DNA of 44,340 bases from a phage. The notes under the pieces are model-generated. The model did no database searches. It worked only from the letters and a program-made list of their open reading frames with translations, and was not told the DNA's origin. Location: NCBI GenBank assembly GCA_030393635.1, contig GCA_030393635.1_4352.1, one strand, 5' to 3'. Positions 6,637 to 14,521 of this stretch are shown piece by piece; within the stretch, counting starts at the first letter, position 1; every line of letters starts with the position of its first letter. A program made the translations under genes and the position numbers.

Positions 6637-8838
6637 ATGAGCTACTTATACCTGGACTTTGAAACATTCTCCGAAGCCGATTTAAAGAAAGTCGGTTCCT
6701 ACGCTTACGCCGAACATCCAACTACCGAAGTGCTTATCTGTACCTATGCTTTCGATGACGAGCCTGTGCAGGTATGGGATTGCACCGACGGCAGCGACAT
6801 GCCGGGCGATTTGCACCGCGCGTTACGCCGTCTGGTTAAGCCAAACAGCCGCATCAAGATGGTGTGGCACAACGGCTCAATGTTCGATCGCCTCATCATG
6901 AAGCACTGCTGGGGTTTTGGTATTCCGGTAAGCAACACCATTGATACTATGATTTGGGCGTTTCGTCACGCGCTGCCGGGTTCACTTGATGCGTTATGTG
7001 AAGTGCTGGGTGTATCCGCGGACAATGCAAAAGATAAACGCGGTAAGGCACTGATTCAACGTTTTTCTAAACCGACACCGAAGAACTACAAAATCCGCCG
7101 CTACACCGCCGAAACACACCCGGACGAGTGGGCGCTGTTCATCAAGTACGCCGTGAGCGACATCACTGCTATGCGTGAGGTCTTCCATAAGCTGCCGCGG
7201 TGGGGTAACTCCGAGTTCGAAGACCGTGTACTGGAACTTGACCAGTTAATCAATGACCGTGGGTTTAAGGTTGACGTTGCGCTGGCAGAAGCCGCTATTG
7301 AAGCCGTGGAGAAACACAAAGCGCAGTTACAGGAAGAAGCCCAACGCAAATACGGCGGCTCGCTTACCGGTAAGGACTTTCTGCCGATTCTGCGTGAACT
7401 CGCACCCGCGCACCGCATCCACAACGCGCAGAAGTCAACGCTTAACGACCTGCTGGCAGATGATGACTTACCAGACGACGCCCGCACGATTATCGAAATG
7501 CGCCTCGGGGCTGCGTCAACAGCGTCCACGAAATATAACCCGCTGCTGTTGGGCCGCTCGTCTGACGACCGTCGCCGCGGCTGCTTGCAGTACGGTGGGG
7601 CGAAACGGACTCTGCGATGGGCGGGTAAAGGCTTTCAGCCGCAGAACCTGGCGCGCGGGTACTATCACGATGATGAACTGGATAAAGGCATTTCTGCGCT
7701 ACTTAAAGGTCGTGCTCATCGCCGTTTTGACGTAGCCAAGCTGACGGCATCGACGGTTCGTAGCTGCATTATCCCAGAGGCAGGGCATAAGTTTGTCGTC
7801 GCCGATTACTCTAACGTTGAAGGCCGTGGGCTTGCGTGGCTGTCGGGCGAAGAAACCGCGCTTGATACGTTCCGCGCCGGACTGGATATTTACTGTGTAA
7901 CCGCGGGCAAGATGTTCGGTATGGACCCTGATGACATTAAGAAAAACTTCAAGGAAATCAGACAGATAGGCAAGGCCTGCGAGCTTGGCCTCGGCTATGA
8001 GGGAGGCGTCGGAGCATTCGTTACGTTCGCTAAAAACTTAGGTCTTGACCTTATTGAGATGGCAAAAACAATGGACGGTACTTTTCCTGATCATATATGG
8101 GCGGCTACCGCACGTGGTTATGAATGGGCGCGTATCCAGGAAGCAAAGCGACCCCCGCATCCTGGTGAAAAGGACGACAGACCATCGTATATTCTGGACA
8201 AGAAAGTGTGGCGCACATGCGACGCAATCAAGCGTATGTGGCGTGAGTCTCATCCGGAAACAGTAGCTTTCTGGTGTGACCTTAAAGACGGAATTTTAGC
8301 CGCTGTTCGTAATCCTGGTCGTGAATTTTGGGCAGGGGCACACTTGCGCAGGAATGGGGAAAGGGCTATCCGCATATGGCGCACCGTAGAAAACGATTCA
8401 TCCGGTAGGAAAGTTCCAGGTTGGTGGCTGTGTATGGAGTTGCCGTCAGGCCGTATCCTTTCGTATCCGGGAATCGGAGTTAGCGTGACAAAGGAAACAG
8501 ACGAAGACGGACGGGTAAACACGAATGTGCGAATCAAGTATCAGGGTGAAAACCAGTTAACCCGCCAATGGACTACCCTGTACACACACGGCGGCAAAGC
8601 CTGTGAAAACATTGTTCAGGCGCTGTGCCGTGATTTGCTGGCTAATGCCCTGCTGAACGTAGAAGCAAACGGCTACCCGATTGTGCTTCATGTTCACGAT
8701 GAAATTATCTGCGAGACGCCAGATTTACCGGAATACAATGTCGCAGAGCTTGAGCGATTGATGTGCGAATTACCGGAATGGGCTGAGGGGTTCCCTCTTG
8801 TGGCAGAAGGTGCGGAGATGAAGCGTTATGCCAAGTAA
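6637..8838 (+). CDS. Family-A DNA polymerase with N-terminal 3'-5' exonuclease
   Basis: ORF 6583..8838; ATG at 6637 after AAGGAAAAAG; Exo I-like LDFETFS; typical Pol I length and layout. Confidence 0.85.
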   Translation: MSYLYLDFETFSEADLKKVGSYAYAEHPTTEVLICTYAFDDEPVQVWDCTDGSDMPGDLHRALRRLVKPNSRIKMVWHNGSMFDRLIMKHCWGFGIPVSNTIDTMIWAFRHALPGSLDALCEVLGVSADNAKDKRGKALIQRFSKPTPKNYKIRRYTAETHPDEWALFIKYAVSDITAMREVFHKLPRWGNSEFEDRVLELDQLINDRGFKVDVALAEAAIEAVEKHKAQLQEEAQRKYGGSLTGKDFLPILRELAPAHRIHNAQKSTLNDLLADDDLPDDARTIIEMRLGAASTASTKYNPLLLGRSSDDRRRGCLQYGGAKRTLRWAGKGFQPQNLARGYYHDDELDKGISALLKGRAHRRFDVAKLTASTVRSCIIPEAGHKFVVADYSNVEGRGLAWLSGEETALDTFRAGLDIYCVTAGKMFGMDPDDIKKNFKEIRQIGKACELGLGYEGGVGAFVTFAKNLGLDLIEMAKTMDGTFPDHIWAATARGYEWARIQEAKRPPHPGEKDDRPSYILDKKVWRTCDAIKRMWRESHPETVAFWCDLKDGILAAVRNPGREFWAGAHLRRNGERAIRIWRTVENDSSGRKVPGWWLCMELPSGRILSYPGIGVSVTKETDEDGRVNTNVRIKYQGENQLTRQWTTLYTHGGKACENIVQALCRDLLANALLNVEANGYPIVLHVHDEIICETPDLPEYNVAELERLMCELPEWAEGFPLVAEGAEMKRYAK

Positions 8839-8977
8839 ACTGATTATCGCGGTACTGGCGGGATTCGCCGCCGGTGTCTACTGTCACGAGGGCCAATACG
8901 GCATGATTGTCGCCGTATTGGGTATGTTCATAGCAATTTATCTGTGGGTGCTGGAATGAAAATTTACTGGTTTTATG
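8828..8977 (+). CDS. Small membrane protein (49 aa)
   Basis: ORF overlapping the polymerase 3' end; hydrophobic IIAVLAGFAAGV and IVAVLGMFIAIY segments. Confidence 0.35.
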
Positions 8978-9041
8978 AAGAAGACTGTAGAATCTGTCCG
9001 CGCTGTGGGATTGAGCATACGAAACGGGAGGGATGCGTATT

Positions 9042-9194
9042 ATGACAATGTTTGTATTCTGGACAATCGTAACCCTGCTCGCACTGTTACTCGGTGCGGG
9101 AGTAGCCGCGGTGTTCTGTTACGACCTGTTCTTTAAGTTTGTCGGTGTTGCCGTTCTAAGCGGAGCTTTCCTTACTTGGGTTCTACGCTCATGA
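9042..9194 (+). CDS. Small membrane protein (50 aa)
   Basis: Hydrophobic MTMFVFWTIVTLLALLLGAGVAAV; stop overlaps the next start as ATGA. Confidence 0.4.
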   Translation: MTMFVFWTIVTLLALLLGAGVAAVFCYDLFFKFVGVAVLSGAFLTWVLRS

Positions 9195-9475
9195 CTAAAG
9201 AGGGCCGCATACAGAAATACGCAAAAGACCGATTCGAGGCCATCGGCGGCCTCGTTCGTAAGTTATCGTACGAGGGGCGCTCCGGCGCTCCCGACCTGCT
9301 GGTAATTCTCCCCGGCAGCATAGTCTGGTTCGTCGAGGTTAAGAAAGACGAAAACACGAAGCCAGACCCGCACCAGCTACGGGAACATGAGCGGATGCGC
9401 AAACGTGGCGCGAATGTTTTTGTCGTCGGTTCGTTTAAACAGGTTGACGACCTAATAGCGAACTATTATAGTTAG
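9191..9475 (+). CDS. VRR-NUC domain nuclease (PD-(D/E)XK)
   Basis: ORF 9176..9475 with ATG at 9191; GAPDLLVI...VEVKK matches the VRR-NUC catalytic core. Confidence 0.65.
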   Translation: MTKEGRIQKYAKDRFEAIGGLVRKLSYEGRSGAPDLLVILPGSIVWFVEVKKDENTKPDPHQLREHERMRKRGANVFVVGSFKQVDDLIANYYS

Positions 9476-9505
9476 TCCTACACCAACAATATAAGGAATT
9501 GAGAA

Positions 9506-9697
9506 ATGAAACACGAATATGACCGAAAACCAGCACGTGACATCGTACCGGGCGACATGATTTTCAACGTTAAGACACGCCAGCCTGTTGCCGTTGATAC
9601 GGTGTTCGTCGAGTCGAACGGTAAACTGGTTATCGAAGATGTAACGGGTAACGTTACCGCGTTTGGACGTAAAGAGTTAGTTCTGGTGGCTAAATGA
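9506..9697 (+). CDS. Hypothetical protein
   Basis: 63-aa ORF with AAGGAATTGAG RBS. Confidence 0.5.
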   Translation: MKHEYDRKPARDIVPGDMIFNVKTRQPVAVDTVFVESNGKLVIEDVTGNVTAFGRKELVLVAK

Positions 9698-10716
9698 ACT
9701 ATTACAACGAATGGGATAAAGGCGCAGCCGCGTGGCTGCGTGAGTTGATAAAACAGGGTCACATACCTTTTGGAGTTGTAGATGAAAGAAGCATTACCGA
9801 AGTTAAGCCAGAAGACCTTGACGGGTTCACCCAGTGTCATTTTTTCGCTGGTATCGGCGGCTGGCCTCTCGCGCTCAGACTTGCGGGAGTTTCGGAAGAT
9901 ACGCCTCTCTGGACGGGAAGCCCGCCTTGCCAACCGTTTAGCGCGGCAGGAAAGCAACTCGGACAGTTCGACCCAAGACACCTCGCGCCTGTATTCCTCG
10001 ACCTCATCAGCGAGTGCCGCCCTCCAGTCCTCTTTGGGGAACAGGTTGCGCCAGCAATTGCAAAATCGTGGATGTGCGATTTACAAACTCACCTGGAAGG
10101 AGAAGACTACGCCGTCGGGTTTGCCGTACTCCCAGCTTGTAGCGTCGGCGCACCGCACAAGCGCGACAGATTGTTCTTTGGAGCGCATAGACTGGCCCAC
10201 ACCCGCAGTATCACCGATAACAAACGATGTGAATATGCGCAGTACAGACGGCAGAACGAAACCGAACAAACTGGGTTGGGCCGCTGCGATGGCGGCATGG
10301 CCCACTCCGACGACACGCGACCACAAGGACGGGAAAGAGTGCCTGAACGTGCCAACGAACAGTCTGCTGGGGCGGGAAGTGTGGAAAGCAAGTTGGCCGA
10401 CGCCACGAAGCGCCGACGGGGAGAAGAATGTCCGGACACTGAACGGCGCGTTGTCCGAGATTCAGAGGAAGGGTGGGCCCCAGGACGTGGCACAAGCGGC
10501 GGCTATAACACAACCAATACGCATAACGGCTTCTGGTCAGATGCTGACTGGCTCGGATGCCGGGATGGAAAATTCAGGCCAGTTGAATCCGGAACATTCC
10601 CGCTGGCTAATGGGATACCCGCCAGAGTGGGACGATTGCGCGGTTACGGCAATGCCATCGTCCCGCAAGTAGCCGCTGAATTTATAAAGGCATTCATGGG
10701 GGCGGTAAATGAGTAA
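9694..10716 (+). CDS. DNA cytosine-5 methyltransferase-like gene with apparent frame disruption (see finding)
   Basis: Frame 1 carries FFAGIGG, PCQPFSAAGK, FGEQV, GAPHKRDRLFFG and the C-terminal GNAIVPQVA; the overlapping frame 2 (9782..10672) carries three WPTP motifs and RWLMGYPPEW. Confidence 0.6.
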   Translation: MNYYNEWDKGAAAWLRELIKQGHIPFGVVDERSITEVKPEDLDGFTQCHFFAGIGGWPLALRLAGVSEDTPLWTGSPPCQPFSAAGKQLGQFDPRHLAPVFLDLISECRPPVLFGEQVAPAIAKSWMCDLQTHLEGEDYAVGFAVLPACSVGAPHKRDRLFFGAHRLAHTRSITDNKRCEYAQYRRQNETEQTGLGRCDGGMAHSDDTRPQGRERVPERANEQSAGAGSVESKLADATKRRRGEECPDTERRVVRDSEEGWAPGRGTSGGYNTTNTHNGFWSDADWLGCRDGKFRPVESGTFPLANGIPARVGRLRGYGNAIVPQVAAEFIKAFMGAVNE

Positions 10717-12133
10717 GTTCCAAAGGCGCGAGTACCAAAAGCTCATGACTTCGTTCATGTTGCAACACCCGCGCTGTAATATCTGGGCTAGCATGGGTGC
10801 AGGGAAGACGGGCAGCGTATTGTGGGCATTAAACCGCCTGTTCCGCAACGGCCAACTTAATGACGACGACCGTGTGTTAATCCTTGCCCCGTTACGAGTT
10901 GCATCCTGTACGTGGCCTGCAGAGCAAGAGAAATGGCGGTTCCCGTGTCTGAGTGTCGTCGATGCAACTGGTTCAGAGAAGCGCCGTATCGCGGCGCTGG
11001 AGTCAGACGCTAACGTGGTCTGTACAAACTACGAAGTTATCGAGTGGCTGATTGACTACTACGGCAAAGACGACTGGCCTTTTACGGTTATCGTTGCCGA
11101 TGAAAGCACGAAGCTGAAGTCATTCCGTAGTCGTTCTGGCGGGAGTAAGCGAGCGAAGGCGCTAAGTAAGGTGGCGTTCGGAAAGGTTAAGCGTTTCATC
11201 AACCTGACAGGTACACCATCACCAAACGGCCTCAAAGACTTGTGGGGCCAGAACTGGTTTATCGACGCTGGCGAGCGCCTGGGTTCTTCATACACCGCGT
11301 TCACCGACCGATGGTTTAACTCTGTGCAGAAAGGCAAATCAGCGATGGCGCGTGAGTATCATGCGCGACCGGGTGCGGATAATGAGATTCACCAGAAGAT
11401 GAAGGACATTAGTCTCACGATTGACGCCGCCGAGTGGTTCGGGTGTGAAGCGCCGATTATCGTACCGGTTGAAATAGACCTGCCTAAGAAAGCGCGCCAG
11501 GCGTACATAGATATGGAGGAGAAGCTATTCGCAGAACTGGAGAGCGGGGAAGTTGAAGCGGCTAACGCCGCGGCGAAGACGTCAAAGTGTCTGCAGATTG
11601 CATCCGGTGCTGTATATGTATCGGGGCCAGACGGAGAAGCAACGAAAGACTGGGAGAAAGTGCATGACACGAAACTTGATGCGCTGGAGTCAATTGTGGA
11701 GGAGTTACAGGGCGCGCCGTTGCTTGTGGCCTATCAGTTCAAGCACGAACTGGAGCGCATCCTTAAGCGATTCCCGCAGGCGCAGGCGTTCGCCAAAGGT
11801 GCTAAGGGCAATAAGCAGATGGAAGCGTGGAACCGCGGTGAAATCGAAATCTTATGCGTCCACCCAGCGTCAGCCGGGCATGGTTTGAATTTACAGGACG
11901 GCGGCCATCATCTGGCGTTCATCTCGCAAGGGTGGAACCTTGAGCACTATTTGCAGGTTGTCGAGCGTATAGGCCCTGTCCGCCAGAAACAGGCGGGCCA
12001 CGAGCGCCCGGTGTTCCTCTACCACATCGTTGCTAAAGACACGCTGGACGAGGTTGTTGCCGCCCGTACCGACGAGAAGAAATCGGTACAGGAAGAATTG
12101 CTTAATTACATGAAGAGACGAGGTAAGAAATGA
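10709..12133 (+). CDS. SNF2/DEAD-like ATP-dependent helicase
   Basis: 474-aa ORF; motif I GAGKTG, motif II ADESTKLK, helicase C-terminal region. Confidence 0.75.
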   Translation: MSKFQRREYQKLMTSFMLQHPRCNIWASMGAGKTGSVLWALNRLFRNGQLNDDDRVLILAPLRVASCTWPAEQEKWRFPCLSVVDATGSEKRRIAALESDANVVCTNYEVIEWLIDYYGKDDWPFTVIVADESTKLKSFRSRSGGSKRAKALSKVAFGKVKRFINLTGTPSPNGLKDLWGQNWFIDAGERLGSSYTAFTDRWFNSVQKGKSAMAREYHARPGADNEIHQKMKDISLTIDAAEWFGCEAPIIVPVEIDLPKKARQAYIDMEEKLFAELESGEVEAANAAAKTSKCLQIASGAVYVSGPDGEATKDWEKVHDTKLDALESIVEELQGAPLLVAYQFKHELERILKRFPQAQAFAKGAKGNKQMEAWNRGEIEILCVHPASAGHGLNLQDGGHHLAFISQGWNLEHYLQVVERIGPVRQKQAGHERPVFLYHIVAKDTLDEVVAARTDEKKSVQEELLNYMKRRGKK

Positions 12134-12309
12134 AACTTAATACAGCGTTAACAGTTTTGTGGCTATTCTGCCGAGTGGGGCCTGGGTCCGTATTATTATT
12201 GTGCGGTATCTTGGCCGAAAAAACATTTGATGCGGGCTTGATGGTGGGTGCAGGAATGATGTTGTTGGCTGCGGGCATTGCAGAATTGTATAAGGATTTT
12301 AAGAAATGA
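12130..12309 (+). CDS. Small membrane protein (59 aa)
   Basis: ATGA overlap with the helicase stop; two hydrophobic segments. Confidence 0.4.
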   Translation: MKLNTALTVLWLFCRVGPGSVLLLCGILAEKTFDAGLMVGAGMMLLAAGIAELYKDFKK

Positions 12310-12443
12310 ACATCATAGCCCCGATTCCGGCATTGCAAAAACGTATCAAGGAACTCGAAGAAGAGGTTCTACGACTACGGCAGCAAAGAGACGCAGCTAA
12401 TGCGCAACTGGCGTTTGTGCTGGAGAAGTTATCAGAAGAGTAG
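12306..12443 (+). CDS. Small coiled-coil protein (45 aa)
   Basis: ATGA overlap with the previous ORF; KELEEEVLRLRQQRDAANAQL. Confidence 0.35.
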   Translation: MNIIAPIPALQKRIKELEEEVLRLRQQRDAANAQLAFVLEKLSEE

Positions 12444-12445
12444 AG

Positions 12446-12474
12446 AAAAGGCCCCGAAAGGGGCCTTAGTTTTA
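12446..12474. terminator. Bidirectional intrinsic terminator between convergent operons
   Basis: AGGCCCC-gaaa-GGGGCCT stem flanked by A-run and T-run. Confidence 0.7.
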
Positions 12475-12475
12475 T

Positions 12476-14509
12476 TTAAATCAAACCGTATATGACGTTA
12501 TGTAAAGAGAAACTACCAGCTGACCCCCCTATCGCAAAATTTATTTCAGCGGTTAAGGCCCCAGGAGGGACGGTGTCCACGAAAGCAAAGAAAGCATAAG
12601 TAGAGGATTGCGGGATAGAGTACCCCGAACTTGACGCTACGGCGTTACCACTTTTATCTAAAAACCTAATGCTTGCAAGCACAGGCACTAACCCTTTAGC
12701 CCAAAATCCTAACTGGAAATATCGACCCGGCTCGCAATCTTCACAAGTCTGTGTGAAGTTGGCGCTCGCAGATGACGCCGGGGTAGTGACTGAAAACGCT
12801 GTCGTAAACATTTGAGTATTCGGTACGTCATTGTTTACAGATACAGTTACCGTGCCTGTACCAGTTTGCGATAGCGTCCAGTTTGAAATTGATAAGAACT
12901 GTCCTGAGCCATTGCTTAGACTGTTTATGTATGGGCTTACTATGGCCCCTAAATTCCAGTTGCTAGATATAAAACCAGCTCTAGGGTAGCATCCGCGTGA
13001 CATAACTTTTTTGCTCAAGCCGCCTACCAACTGCCGGGTAGGGAACCCGGTGGCGATGAGGGTGCTGCCGTATAACGGCAAAGAGCAATTGCTAAGACTG
13101 ACAACCCCGTCGCCATTACATACAATAGGAGCCGAAGCGTAATCAGACGGCAGAAAGACAGTCGAGTCTTTTATGCTCAGCCGTGAGCTACCTGCAACCG
13201 TGAATCCGACGAAACTTTGCCCCGGCTGGTACTCTATATTACCGTTGGCGAATACTACGTGGGCGTTATCAGAAAGTGCCAATACAGGGTCAAAGTATCC
13301 CGTTCTCTTACCCGCCGGCAGCGAGCAACCATCAAAGACGAATTGCCCGTTAGTTAACGTAAATGGTCCGCCGTTATCCACCATCCAACAGTGATTAAAC
13401 TTAATAGCCTCACCAGCGTTAGCAGGAGAATTGAAAATAACCGAGTCCGTGAAACTTCTGGACAACGTACATTTATCAAACAATACGCGGTGTGCATTAT
13501 CAAGGAACTCGACTCCGGCTGTTGAAATAAACCCACAATTAGATATTCTTAACTCTGAGACTTCCCCACTGGTAGAACCACCAATCGCCAATTTCCTGGC
13601 CCCTTTTCCAACAAATGACACTCCAGTCATTAACGCAGTTGCGTTAATTACATCTCTATTAGTGTAGTCCGTGTTTGAGTTAATAATGGTTAGGTAGTAG
13701 TCACCAGTTACGGAAGCAGATTCTGTTAAAGTACATTTATTTTTTCCGATAAGTGCGCCTTTTGCTATGTCTAAAACAATCGGTGTTGTTATCTCACCAG
13801 AAACAGGCACCACACAGTCATAACCTGCCAAATTTATTTTATTAATGTACGCGGCTAAATCTCCCGTGCCGTTAAACCCCGCGTCATACACTGTTGCACA
13901 CCCATCGAAGAATTTCCTTTTCCAGACAACACCATCACCGGGAAATGTTACGATATTATCGACATCAACTGTCGACGAAACCGCCACCATAATGCCGCCG
14001 CCTAGGTTACTGCCCGCGTAAGAATCGAGGATAATACTATCCCCCTCCGAAGCACTGACCGTAGCTAACGCCAAGACATCAGGAACGCTACCAATTAAAG
14101 TTAACCCGTCTTGGGCAGACAGGTCATCTCGCAAATTTGGGTCAGTCTGTGGCTTCCAGTTGGCATTACCAACCGGGTTAAATGACGCCGGGATAACAAC
14201 AGGCAGCGTACCTGCATACGAGTACCAAGTCCGGCTAACAGGGTCGTAGACAACTTTGTCACGGTCATTAACTGTTAACGTACCACCAGTGGAGAAGTCC
14301 CATGGCACAGGGGAAAAGCCAGCGGCACGCAACACGGCGGGGAGCGTCTTTTGGGTCTGTCCCGTAACTGCGTTGGTCGCGTAATCAATATCCGCGCCAC
14401 CAGCTACGCCGCCGGATTTACCGGTGATAACCTCAGCTTCGAAAATCTGGTGTTTCTTGGCGGTTTGCAAATCCGCCAGGCTTAAAACGTCACCGCATCC
14501 GCTTGACAT
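12476..14509 (-). CDS. Tail fibre / tailspike protein (probable beta-helix receptor-binding protein)
   Basis: 677-aa ORF immediately downstream of the tail-tip gene; G/S/T/N-rich repeats typical of beta-helix spikes. Confidence 0.65.
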   Translation of the reverse strand: MSSGCGDVLSLADLQTAKKHQIFEAEVITGKSGGVAGGADIDYATNAVTGQTQKTLPAVLRAAGFSPVPWDFSTGGTLTVNDRDKVVYDPVSRTWYSYAGTLPVVIPASFNPVGNANWKPQTDPNLRDDLSAQDGLTLIGSVPDVLALATVSASEGDSIILDSYAGSNLGGGIMVAVSSTVDVDNIVTFPGDGVVWKRKFFDGCATVYDAGFNGTGDLAAYINKINLAGYDCVVPVSGEITTPIVLDIAKGALIGKNKCTLTESASVTGDYYLTIINSNTDYTNRDVINATALMTGVSFVGKGARKLAIGGSTSGEVSELRISNCGFISTAGVEFLDNAHRVLFDKCTLSRSFTDSVIFNSPANAGEAIKFNHCWMVDNGGPFTLTNGQFVFDGCSLPAGKRTGYFDPVLALSDNAHVVFANGNIEYQPGQSFVGFTVAGSSRLSIKDSTVFLPSDYASAPIVCNGDGVVSLSNCSLPLYGSTLIATGFPTRQLVGGLSKKVMSRGCYPRAGFISSNWNLGAIVSPYINSLSNGSGQFLSISNWTLSQTGTGTVTVSVNNDVPNTQMFTTAFSVTTPASSASANFTQTCEDCEPGRYFQLGFWAKGLVPVLASIRFLDKSGNAVASSSGYSIPQSSTYAFFAFVDTVPPGALTAEINFAIGGSAGSFSLHNVIYGLI

Positions 14510-14521
14510 ATAGAGTCCTCT

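Noticed and set aside
7101-7735. ORFs of 142 aa (minus) and 160 aa (plus)
   Set aside because: Alternative-frame and antisense ORFs inside the DNA polymerase gene; arginine/serine-rich.
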